Program-made: the position numbers and the translations under genes
The notes under the pieces: generated by a model
Databases searched by the model: none
The model's input: only the letters and a program-made list of their open reading frames with translations
What the model was told of the DNA's origin: nothing
Source: an uncultured Candidatus Saccharibacteria bacterium
GTDB taxonomy: Bacteria; Patescibacteriota; Minisyncoccia; 2-02-FULL-40-12; IGHO2-12-FULL-4
Assembly: GCA_964479745.1 (NCBI GenBank)
Contig: CAYZNJ010000002.1
Coordinates: 1 to 40,911, forward strand
Direction: 5' to 3'
DNA length: 40,911 nt
Part shown: positions 22,767 to 30,436 of the stretch, piece after piece
Layout of the letters: each line of letters starts with the position of its first letter
Position numbering within the stretch: position 1 is the stretch's first letter

Positions 22767-24836
22767 ATGTCAATAGAACTTACCAAAGCTTACAATCCTA
22801 AAGAAGTTGAAGATAAAATTTACAAAACTTGGTTAGAGTCTGGTTTTTTCAGTCCAGAAGGACTGCCTGGAAATAGAAAAGAAAAGTTTACTACTTGCAT
22901 TGCCCCGCCGAATATTACCGGCGAACTGCACATGGGCCATGCCTTAGAACTTACCTTGCAAGATATTTTAGTGAGAATGAAAAGAATGCAGGGCTACAAA
23001 ACTCTTTGGCTGCCGGGGACAGACCACGCCAGCATCGCCGTTCACGTATTGCTTGAAAAACAATTGGCTAAAGAGGGGCTAACCAGATTTAAAATAGGAA
23101 AAGAGGAATTTCTAAAACGAGCCTGGGCTTGGCGGGAAAAATACGGCAACGCAATTTTGGAACAGCTTAAAAAATTAGGTCTTTCTTTAGACTGGAGCCG
23201 GATTAGATTCACCATGGACCCGGACTATCAAGAAGCCGTTAAAACAGCATTCCTCCACTACTACGAAAAAGGTTTGATCTACAAAGGCGAAAGAGTTATA
23301 AACTGGTGCACCCGATGCGCTTCTTCCATTTCAGACCTGGAAGTAAATTATATCTCCGAAAAAGGCAAACTTTATTTTATAAAGTACGGGCCTTTCACTT
23401 TGGCTACCACCAGACCGGAAACAAAGCTGGGCGATACCGCGCTGGCCGTACACCCCGGCGACCCACGCTATAAAAGTTACGTCGGCAAAGAGCTTGAAAT
23501 TGAATCCGTTGATAACGGTGTGTCAGCCGACCAGCCACCGAAAATTAAAAAAATTAAAATTAAAGTAATAGCTGATGAAAGCGTAGATCCCAAATTCGGC
23601 ACCGGTATAATCAAAGTTACGCCGGCTCACGACATTACTGACTCCGAAATCGGCCAAAGACACAATCTGGAATCAATCAAAATTATAAACGAACAAGGCC
23701 GGATGAATGAAAACGCCGGCATTCGCTACCAAGATCTTAAAACCTTGCAAGCTAGAGAAAAAATAGTTGAAGACTTGCAAACTCTGGGACTGATTGAGAA
23801 AGTTGAAGACTACGAGCACAACATCGGCCGTTGCGAACGCTGTAACTCAGTCATCGAACCCCTGCCTTCAAAACAGTGGTTTTTGAAGATGAAAGATTTA
23901 GCGGAAATGGCATTGAAAGCAGTAAAAGACGGTAAAGTTAAAATACACCCTGAACGCTGGGTCGGTCCTTATGAGCACTGGCTTAAAAACATCCGCGACT
24001 GGAATATCTCCCGCCAATTGTGGTGGGGACACAAAATTCCGATTGAAGGCGAGGGAGATGTTTTGGACACATGGTTTTCTTCTGCCTTATGGCCTTTTGC
24101 CACTCTCGGTTGGCCCGACGCTGATGCTTCAGATTTTGAAGAATACTATCCCACTGATTTTATAACCTCTGACCGAGGCATACTTTTTTTGTGGCAAGTC
24201 AGGATGATTTTTTCAGGACTTGAATTTACCGGCAAAGCGCCGTTCAAAGATATCTACATTCACGCCACGGTTTTGACTAAAGACGGCAGAAGAATGTCAA
24301 AATCTCTCGGCACCGGCATTAATCCTCTTGAACTTATAGAAAAATATGGCACTGACGCTCTCCGTTTTGGCCTAGCCTCTCAAGCAACCGGCCTGCAAGA
24401 TTTAAGATTCGGAGAAGACTTGCTGGTTATGGGCAGAAAATTTGCCAACAAGATTTGGAACATTGCCCGCTATACAACAATGAAACTTGGCAATGACTAC
24501 AAATGGGATAACAAAAGTCCAAACAACGAGATTGCAGTTAGAATAGAAGAACTTGCCAAAAAAACGACCAAGAACATTGAACAATACAACTTTGCTGAAG
24601 CGGCCAACGAACTTTACAAATTTATTTGGCACGAGTTTGCCGATAAATATATTGAAGAAACAAAAGATAAAGACGACCAAGAAACCAAAGATACTCTCGC
24701 TTATCTTCTGATGACTTCGCTCAAACTGCTCCACCCGTTTATGCCTTTTGTTACCGAAGAAATCTACTCTCGCCTGCCATGGCTTGGGAACAAAAAACTA
24801 CTCATGGTTGAGGAATGGCCGACAAGTAAGCTATAA
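22767..24836 (+). CDS. valS: Valine--tRNA ligase (compact, 689 aa)
   Basis: Motifs: PPNITGELHMGHAL (HIGH), TTRPETKLGDTALAVHP and GTGIIKVTPAHD (CP1 editing), WNISRQLWWGHKIP, RMSKSLGTG (KMSKS). It ends soon after the anticodon-binding helices, with no long C-terminal coiled coil. Confidence 0.93.
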   Translation: MSIELTKAYNPKEVEDKIYKTWLESGFFSPEGLPGNRKEKFTTCIAPPNITGELHMGHALELTLQDILVRMKRMQGYKTLWLPGTDHASIAVHVLLEKQLAKEGLTRFKIGKEEFLKRAWAWREKYGNAILEQLKKLGLSLDWSRIRFTMDPDYQEAVKTAFLHYYEKGLIYKGERVINWCTRCASSISDLEVNYISEKGKLYFIKYGPFTLATTRPETKLGDTALAVHPGDPRYKSYVGKELEIESVDNGVSADQPPKIKKIKIKVIADESVDPKFGTGIIKVTPAHDITDSEIGQRHNLESIKIINEQGRMNENAGIRYQDLKTLQAREKIVEDLQTLGLIEKVEDYEHNIGRCERCNSVIEPLPSKQWFLKMKDLAEMALKAVKDGKVKIHPERWVGPYEHWLKNIRDWNISRQLWWGHKIPIEGEGDVLDTWFSSALWPFATLGWPDADASDFEEYYPTDFITSDRGILFLWQVRMIFSGLEFTGKAPFKDIYIHATVLTKDGRRMSKSLGTGINPLELIEKYGTDALRFGLASQATGLQDLRFGEDLLVMGRKFANKIWNIARYTTMKLGNDYKWDNKSPNNEIAVRIEELAKKTTKNIEQYNFAEAANELYKFIWHEFADKYIEETKDKDDQETKDTLAYLLMTSLKLLHPFMPFVTEEIYSRLPWLGNKKLLMVEEWPTSKL

Positions 24837-24843
24837 TTAGGAT

Positions 24844-25580
24844 ATGACTACCACAGACGCTATGCTTCTGACAGGACTTGGACTCTTGCCAAGCTTGGTT
24901 TGGCTTGCTTTTTTTATTAAAAAAGACGTTCATCCGGAACGAAGGCATTTGGGATTAAGGTTTTTTTAATGGGCATTATTTTGGCTCCTCTAGCGGTCGG
25001 CCTCCAGTGGATTTTTGTCGGTTTGGGAGACAAATTTTCACCCGTTATTTTCTCTTTTCAATCGACTCATTTCTTTCTTTGGGCCGCTTTTGTTGAGGAA
25101 ATAACCAAATTCCTAGCAGTTAAGTTTATTGTTTTAAATAACCCTGAATTTGACGAGCCGATTGACGCCATGATTTACATGATCGTTGCTTCGCTGGGTT
25201 TTGCGGCAATTGAGAATATTTTGATACTTTTCAAAACTATACCAGACGGCTTGCAAGGCACGCTGCAGCTTTGGGCATTAAGATCTGTCGGGGCGACTTT
25301 ACTGCATGCTCTTGCCGGAGCTTTGGTAGGCTACTTCCTGTCGCTCTCTTGGTTCTACCATGAACACCGGCAAAAGCTGGTTGCTATAGGAATAATCCTT
25401 GCCGGAATTTTTCATTTCGTTTTTAATATTTTGCTTTTCTCTTTTCAAGAAGACTTTCGCGGAGTGGTTTTCTCTCTTTTCCTGCTGGCGATTTTTGCCG
25501 GTTTAGTCCAATCCTTATTCCATAAAACCAAAGACAGAATGGCCGTTGATGGAAACACCGACATGTCCCCTATATCCTGA
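24844..25580 (+). pseudogene. PrsW-family intramembrane protease, reading frame broken near codon 33 (frameshift or assembly error)
   Basis: ATG 24844 gives MTTTDAMLLTGLGLLPSLVWLAFFIKKDVHPERRHLGLRFF* (stop at 24967-24969). The track ORF 24969-25580 carries the PrsW motifs (FVEEITKF, SLGFAAIENI, TLLHALAGALVGY). In its frame the upstream codons read ..KAFGIKVFL-MGIILAPLAV, so the two parts join as ..HPE(P)KAFGIKVFLMG if one C is added in GAAC^GAAG near 24940. Confidence 0.65.
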
Positions 25581-25590
25581 AAAAAGTTTT

Positions 25591-25599
25591 TGCTATAAT
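25591..25599 (+). promoter_or_regulatory. Extended -10 element upstream of hsp20
   Basis: TGCTATAAT (TGn + TATAAT) lies 19 nt upstream of the ATG, followed by AAAGGGG as a possible SD. Confidence 0.4.
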
Positions 25600-25618
25600 A
25601 AAGGGGTCATCTCAATAT

Positions 25619-26011
25619 ATGGATAATGAAGATTTTCGAGAATTAGACGAAACTTTAGCCGAACTGACGGCTTACAAAAAAGTCAAAGCCGAACCTTCCG
25701 GCGAGGAGGGCCAGCTTACTGTGGATGTTTTTCAGGTTGGCAATGATTTAATCGTGCAGTCCACGATCGGCGGAGTGGACAGCAAAGACATAGACATATC
25801 AATCGCCAAAGACATGGTTACCATCAAGGGCCACCGCAAAAAAATGGAGCAAATTAAACATTCAAATTATTTCCACCAGGAACTTTATTGGGGCTCATTT
25901 TCAAGGTCAATTATCTTGCCGACAGATATTGACGTTGACAAAGCAAAGGCTTCCATTAAAAACGGGCTCTTAACTATCAAATTGCCTATCTTGAAGACTG
26001 CCAGAAGGTAG
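25619..26011 (+). CDS. Small heat-shock protein (Hsp20/alpha-crystallin family)
   Basis: 130 aa. LTVDVFQVGNDLIVQSTIGGVDSKDIDISIAKDMVTIKGHR...SFSRSIILPTDIDVDKAKASIKNGLLTIKLP is the classic alpha-crystallin domain pattern. Confidence 0.88.
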   Translation: MDNEDFRELDETLAELTAYKKVKAEPSGEEGQLTVDVFQVGNDLIVQSTIGGVDSKDIDISIAKDMVTIKGHRKKMEQIKHSNYFHQELYWGSFSRSIILPTDIDVDKAKASIKNGLLTIKLPILKTARR

Positions 26012-26018
26012 TTGACGC

Positions 26019-27185
26019 ATGAAAAACAAGTTTATTATTTCAACTACCATTGTTCTCCTTCTTATTATTGAGGCGGTGGTGATTCTTACCAAGCAAATAC
26101 TTCTCGAAGAAGCGGCGGATAAAGCCGTTGATTTTTCAATATCCGCTCCGGAAAAACTGCCGGCAGTTTTGACAAAGTTGAAAACGAAAAACCTGACTTT
26201 GACATGGGAGGGCGGTGAAAAAACTTATACCAACATATCCGAGCTTACTACAAAGTACTACAGCTATTACCGGCAAAAAGACAGTTTGAGGATAGATTTT
26301 GAAAAATTAAAAAATGTGCTTGAATCTTTGGCGCCAGTCGTTAATCAAGAGCCGGTTGACGCCAAACTGGAGTTTGCGGAAAAAGAACAAAAGGTCAAAG
26401 AATTTTCTTTATCTCAAAACGGCAAAAAACTAAATATTGCCAGATCTATGTCTCAAATAGCCAGAAGCTTAGCCGAAGAGCATCTGGTTGTTCCTCTGGC
26501 AGTAGACGAGATACCGCCCGAAATTACCTTAAACTCTCTGGAAAAACTGGGTATTAAAACCTTGCTCGCTAAGGGCGAGTCTGACTTCAAGGGCTCCTCT
26601 TCAAACAGAATACACAATATCCAAGTTGGTTCAGCTAAATTTCACGGACTGCTTTTGAAACCCGGAAGCGACTTTTCCTTCAATTCCGTCTTGGGAGAAG
26701 TCAGCGATAAAACAGGCTACCGATACGAACTGGTTGTAAAAAACAAAAAACTTACTCCTGAATACGGGGGCGGCATTTGCCAAGTTTCCACCACCTTGTT
26801 TCGGGCAGCAGTTTTAGCCGGCTTACCGATTCTGGAAAGAAGAGAGCATTCGTTGCCGGTAAAATACTATAACCCTCAAGGTTTTGACGCCACGATCTAT
26901 CCTGGCGTAACTGACTTGCGTTTCACCAACGACACGCCCGCAAATATCTTAATCCAGACTAAAATCAGCGGCACAAAGTTAACTTTTGAAATTTACGGCT
27001 CAAGCGACGGCAGAAAAACGGAAGTAACCGGACCGCAAATAACAGAACAGAATCCTGACGGCTCTCTCAAAACAATACTGACCCGGAAAACAGTTACCGT
27101 AGACGGAAAAATTAAAGAAGAGTATTTTAAATCTAACTATAAATCACCGGCGTTATTTCCTCTTGAAAAAAATCCTTTGGAATAA
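26019..27185 (+). CDS. VanW-family protein with N-terminal membrane anchor
   Basis: 388 aa with TM IISTTIVLLLIIEAVVILT. VanW core: GYRYELVVKNKKLTPEYGGGICQVSTTLFRAAVLAGLPILERREHS. Confidence 0.8.
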   Translation: MKNKFIISTTIVLLLIIEAVVILTKQILLEEAADKAVDFSISAPEKLPAVLTKLKTKNLTLTWEGGEKTYTNISELTTKYYSYYRQKDSLRIDFEKLKNVLESLAPVVNQEPVDAKLEFAEKEQKVKEFSLSQNGKKLNIARSMSQIARSLAEEHLVVPLAVDEIPPEITLNSLEKLGIKTLLAKGESDFKGSSSNRIHNIQVGSAKFHGLLLKPGSDFSFNSVLGEVSDKTGYRYELVVKNKKLTPEYGGGICQVSTTLFRAAVLAGLPILERREHSLPVKYYNPQGFDATIYPGVTDLRFTNDTPANILIQTKISGTKLTFEIYGSSDGRKTEVTGPQITEQNPDGSLKTILTRKTVTVDGKIKEEYFKSNYKSPALFPLEKNPLE

Positions 27186-28368
27186 AAACTTCTGTAAAGA
27201 CTGCGGAACTTCTTCGGCTTATCACGTACAAACTTGGCTGGACGAATTCAGCGAACAGCTTAGCGGTAAGTTCTTTTTTTCAAGCAAACTTGAAGGACTT
27301 TTAAGCTTAGTTCTGGAAAAGTTTTTTACTTTTACGAGACTAGTCTCTTTGCATGAACAGTTTAGCGGTTCGGATATACCGTTGCGTTCCTATTGTTTTA
27401 TAGAAGAAGCGAGAAAGCGTGGCGTTAAGTTTAAGGCGCTCAAAGGGCCGTTTGGTTTTACGAACAATTTTATAGCAGAAATGGACGGAAAGACTGTAAG
27501 ATTTGAAAGTTTGCCGGTTGCCGAATTTGCCAGCAAGTTTGATGTTGGTCTTGTTGACAACAAAGAAAGAACCAAAAACAAACTTAAAAAAGCCGGTTTG
27601 CCGGTTGCCGAAGGCAAAGCTTTTTGGTTCTGGCAAAAAAACAGAGCAGTTGACTTCGGCACAAAAAAACTCGGCTTTCCTTTGGTAGTCAAACCCCGCA
27701 GCGGTTCGGTAAGCAGGCATGTTACTACTAACATAGAAGGTGTTGGCCAGTTAAAAGAGGCTGTCTCCAAAGTCATCGCCTATTCGCCGGCTTTTATTGT
27801 GGAAAAGTTCGTTTCTAAAACTTTTGTCCACAGAGCAACGGTTGTTGATTTTAGACTTGCCGGTTGCGCAAAACAAGTTCCGGCAAATGTAGAAGGCAAT
27901 GGTGTTTCAACAATAAAAGAATTAATAGACGATAAAAACAAAAAACAAAACAGAGATGACTTAGTTCAAAAAAATTCTCTCTTGCATAAAATAGCAGAAG
28001 ACAAAACTACGGAAAAACTTTTGGCAGAAAAAGGTTATGGCTATTACTCGGTGCCTGAAAATAATGAAATTGTTTGGCTGCAAAAAGACCCTTTTTTGAA
28101 GTTGGGCGGCGACTTAGTTGAGTTGACGCCTCAAGTTCATCCCGACAACATTAAATTATTTGAAGACACGGCAAAACTTTTTGACATTAGGGTTGTGGGT
28201 ATTGATTTTTTGTGCCGAGACATTTCCATTCCTTGGCACGACCAACCTTGCGCTATCTTAGAGTTAAACAGCCTGCCCTGCATTGAAATGCACCATTTCC
28301 CTTCTTCCGGCGCTCCGCAAAATGTCGCCAAAGCAATGACTGATCTGTTTTTCAAATATTATCCATGA
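27163..28368 (+). CDS. ATP-grasp enzyme resembling the N-terminal (G) domain of cyanophycin synthetase, no Mur-ligase domain
   Basis: 401 aa. DNKERTKNKLKKAGLPVAEG, GFPLVVKPRSGSVSRHV, VHRATVVDFRLAGCAKQVPANVEGNGVSTIKELID, KLGGDLVELTPQVHPDN, VVGIDFLCRDISIPW and ILELNSLPCIEMHHFPSSG follow the CphA ATP-grasp pattern. It has a TTG start overlapping VanW by 23 nt; the start is uncertain. Confidence 0.75.
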   Translation: MKKILWNKNFCKDCGTSSAYHVQTWLDEFSEQLSGKFFFSSKLEGLLSLVLEKFFTFTRLVSLHEQFSGSDIPLRSYCFIEEARKRGVKFKALKGPFGFTNNFIAEMDGKTVRFESLPVAEFASKFDVGLVDNKERTKNKLKKAGLPVAEGKAFWFWQKNRAVDFGTKKLGFPLVVKPRSGSVSRHVTTNIEGVGQLKEAVSKVIAYSPAFIVEKFVSKTFVHRATVVDFRLAGCAKQVPANVEGNGVSTIKELIDDKNKKQNRDDLVQKNSLLHKIAEDKTTEKLLAEKGYGYYSVPENNEIVWLQKDPFLKLGGDLVELTPQVHPDNIKLFEDTAKLFDIRVVGIDFLCRDISIPWHDQPCAILELNSLPCIEMHHFPSSGAPQNVAKAMTDLFFKYYP

Positions 28369-28484
28369 ATCCCGTACAAAGTAGCCCTTCGGGTTCGGGA
28401 CTCAAAATTTATAAAGTTAATATCGTGGTGTCAGCACCACAACTAACCATATGACTTGCTGATGCTACTTCGTTCGGGATGAAT
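28365..28484. repeat. 120-nt hairpin element F1, filling the ATP-grasp / methyltransferase intergenic gap
   Basis: Arms are ATGAATCCCGTACAAAGTAGC (28365-28385) and GCTACTTCGTTCGGGATGAAT (28464-28484). Internal mini-hairpins are GCCC-TTCG-GGT and GTGGTG-TCAG-CACCAC. The left arm contains the upstream TGA stop and the right arm the downstream ATG. Confidence 0.7.
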
Positions 28485-29051
28485 ACCCTTACTCTTTCTG
28501 TTGTAACTTTCCTTGATTTGGTATTGGTTGTTTTTTTGATTTTGTTTTTAGTTTTTTTAATAGATTCTTTGGTTAAGGGGCATGACTCGCCGACAAGCAA
28601 AAAAACAATCAAACAGCTGATAAAAATAATTTCAAAACACAAACCGGAAGCAATAAACTTCTATGACTTGGGTTGCGGCCGCGGAACAGTCGCCTTAGCG
28701 ATAAAAAAAGAACTGCCGCAACTGGAAGTGCGCGGCATAGATTATAACGCTGTCAGAATTTTCTTTGCCAAGTTAAAATCCTTTTTTTTGAGAAGAAAAG
28801 TTGACTTCAAAAAACAAGACTTATTTAAAACAGACTTGCAAAAAGCTGATATAGTCTATACCTACTTATGGTACGACTTGATGCCGCCGCTTGAGAAAAA
28901 ACTGCACAGTGAACTAAAAAGCGGCGCCATAGTAATTACCAACACCTCAAAATTTCCGAACTTACAGCCTGTTGAGATAGTCGCCACTCACAAAAAAGTC
29001 CCAAAACTGTCTGATTTTGAGACATTATTTGTCTATAAGAAAGAACAGTAA
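28479..29051 (+). CDS. Class I SAM-dependent methyltransferase with N-terminal TM helix
   Basis: 190 aa. TM FLDLVLVVFLILFLVFLI. Motif I: FYDLGCGRGTVALAI. Post-I acidic residue in VRGIDYN. Confidence 0.7.
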   Translation: MNTLTLSVVTFLDLVLVVFLILFLVFLIDSLVKGHDSPTSKKTIKQLIKIISKHKPEAINFYDLGCGRGTVALAIKKELPQLEVRGIDYNAVRIFFAKLKSFFLRRKVDFKKQDLFKTDLQKADIVYTYLWYDLMPPLEKKLHSELKSGAIVITNTSKFPNLQPVEIVATHKKVPKLSDFETLFVYKKEQ

Positions 29052-29053
29052 TG

Positions 29054-29137
29054 TGTCCTCGAGAGGATTTGAACCTCTAATCCCTTGCGGGAACAGCGTC
29101 CTAAGCGCTGCGCGTATGCCAGTTCCGCCACGAGGAC
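29054..29137 (-). tRNA. tRNA-Leu(UAG): tRNA-Leu, anticodon UAG (type II, long variable arm)
   Basis: The minus strand reads GTCCTCGTGGCGGAACTGGCATACGCGCAGCGCTTAGGACGCTGTTCCCGCAAGGGATTAGAGGTTCAAATCCTCTCGAGGACA. Acceptor GTCCTCG/CGAGGAC, anticodon stem CAGCG/CGCTG with loop CT-TAG-GA, variable arm CCCGCAAGGG, T-arm AGAGG-TTCAAAT-CCTCT. CCA is not encoded. It starts 2 nt after the convergent methyltransferase stop. Confidence 0.92.
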
Positions 29138-29186
29138 ATTTGAATATACTTATAAAAAATATAAACCAAAGCCAGCCTAAAAACAA

Positions 29187-29212
29187 CGAGCACATAACAA
29201 GTTATGTGCTCG
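29187..29212 (-). terminator. Rho-independent terminator after the pilin operon
   Basis: The 12-bp stem CGAGCACATAAC / GTTATGTGCTCG is followed on the minus strand by TTGTTTTT. Confidence 0.7.
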
Positions 29213-29236
29213 GTTTTGAAATTACTTTAAAAGTTT

Positions 29237-29611
29237 CTACCTGTATGAACCGAAGAATGATCTGGTCACTACGCCAGCCAAGGTTTGCAGAATTACACCG
29301 ACGGCTAAAACCACCAAAGCTCCAATAATTCCGTTCCAAACAATCTTTTTGGCCTTTTCAACAGCCTCATCGTTGTGTCCGGCCGCAATCCATCTGATAC
29401 CGCCGTAAACAATAAAGATAACGGCAATAACAATTGAAATGATAATCAAAAATCTGGCGGCTCCCTCAATCAAACCTTGAATTTCGGTCAAAGTAACCGG
29501 TGCGCCAGTCAAAGTAGCCGTGGGATTAGATATTGTAGCAAAGGCGATTGCCGGAAGCAAAACTGTCAAAGCCGGTATAATATACTTAACAGAAGCTTTT
29601 AACTTATTCAT
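29237..29611 (-). CDS. Stand-alone VirB2/TrbC-like pilin-module protein (candidate major subunit)
   Basis: Signal-like KYIIPALTVLLPAIAFA, then two hydrophobic helices around a polar loop: FLIIISIVIAVIFIVYGGIRWIAAGHNDEAVEKAKKIVWNGIIGALVVLAVGVIL. The track start is GTG 29617; ATG 29611 is preceded by GAGAGGAGG with 5-nt spacing, a strong SD. Confidence 0.8.
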   Translation of the reverse strand: MNKLKASVKYIIPALTVLLPAIAFATISNPTATLTGAPVTLTEIQGLIEGAARFLIIISIVIAVIFIVYGGIRWIAAGHNDEAVEKAKKIVWNGIIGALVVLAVGVILQTLAGVVTRSFFGSYR

Positions 29612-29630
29612 AGACACCTCCTCTCATAGT

Positions 29631-29706
29631 TAGTTGCTAGTTTCTAGTGTCTAGTTGCTAGTTTAAATTCTTAAAACTAGAAGCTAGAAACTGAAAACTA
29701 GAAGCT
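29631..29706. promoter_or_regulatory. CTAG-rich imperfect palindrome between two pilin-operon genes
   Basis: The left half has 4 x CTAGTT-type units (CTAG at 29637, 29644, 29651, 29658). The right half has 3 x AACTAG units (CTAG at 29677, 29684, 29698) plus a degenerate CTGA. The inner arms CTAGTTGCTAGTTT / AAACTAGAAGCTAG match 12 of 14 around the loop AAATTCTTA. Confidence 0.6.
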
Positions 29707-29709
29707 GGT

Positions 29710-30405
29710 TTAGCACACCAGCGGAATAAATGAAAAATCAGTTATTCCGACTGCGTTGGCTACAGTGGCAATTATAACATAGACGCTAAAAATAACCAAA
29801 ATACCCCAAATAACCGTTTTAAAGTTAGCCTTGGCCTCATCGTGTTTTTTAGGGTTATCGCCGGCGGCCATAAATCTAAATCCGGCCAAAACAAGAAAAA
29901 TGAAGGGTAAAAGCATGGCAATTCGGATCAGCCAGCAGGCAAAACCGATGACAATTCCGGTAACATCCTGCGCGCTAAAATTCTCCCCCGGAAAGTTGCC
30001 TAGTGGATTCTCGCCGCCGCCAGCCGGTTTGGTTGTAGTGGTAGTTGTTCTTGAACCCCCGCCTTGAGCGGGTTTACAGATATTGTCCGCGCAGTTGTCA
30101 GAAACACAGTCGTTTGCGTAAACGCATAACGCGCCGTCCAAGTTGCCTTCCGGAGCCACACAAACGCCGTCAAGACAACTTTCATTTTTGTTTGCGCTTT
30201 TGTTGCAGTCAATGGCTTCTTTGTCCGTTCTGCATTGAACACAAGTATTGCCTGAACACAAAAGACCGGAGACGCAGTCGCTGGCTTTAGAACAAGACTC
30301 ACCGAACTTAGATACCGCTAAACTTTGTCTGCCGGTAAAAATAAAAACACTAAAGAAAGCGACTAAGAATATAATTAAAAACAGTATTTTTTTATTTCCT
30401 GCCAT
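29710..30405 (-). CDS. Cys-rich secreted domain, poly-Thr linker, C-terminal pilin module
   Basis: 231 aa with signal ILFLIIFLVAFFSVFIF. Repeated C..DC.SG.C..N.C units are present (SCSKASDCVSGLLCSGNTCVQC; ALCVYANDCVSDNCADNICKP). Linker GGGSRTTTTTTKPAGGG. Module LPFIFLVLAGFRFMAAGDNPKKHDEAKANFKTVIWGILVIFSVYVII. Confidence 0.75.
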   Translation of the reverse strand: MAGNKKILFLIIFLVAFFSVFIFTGRQSLAVSKFGESCSKASDCVSGLLCSGNTCVQCRTDKEAIDCNKSANKNESCLDGVCVAPEGNLDGALCVYANDCVSDNCADNICKPAQGGGSRTTTTTTKPAGGGENPLGNFPGENFSAQDVTGIVIGFACWLIRIAMLLPFIFLVLAGFRFMAAGDNPKKHDEAKANFKTVIWGILVIFSVYVIIATVANAVGITDFSFIPLVC

Positions 30406-30436
30406 TATGGTTGACTCTAATTATAACCTACCGTTC

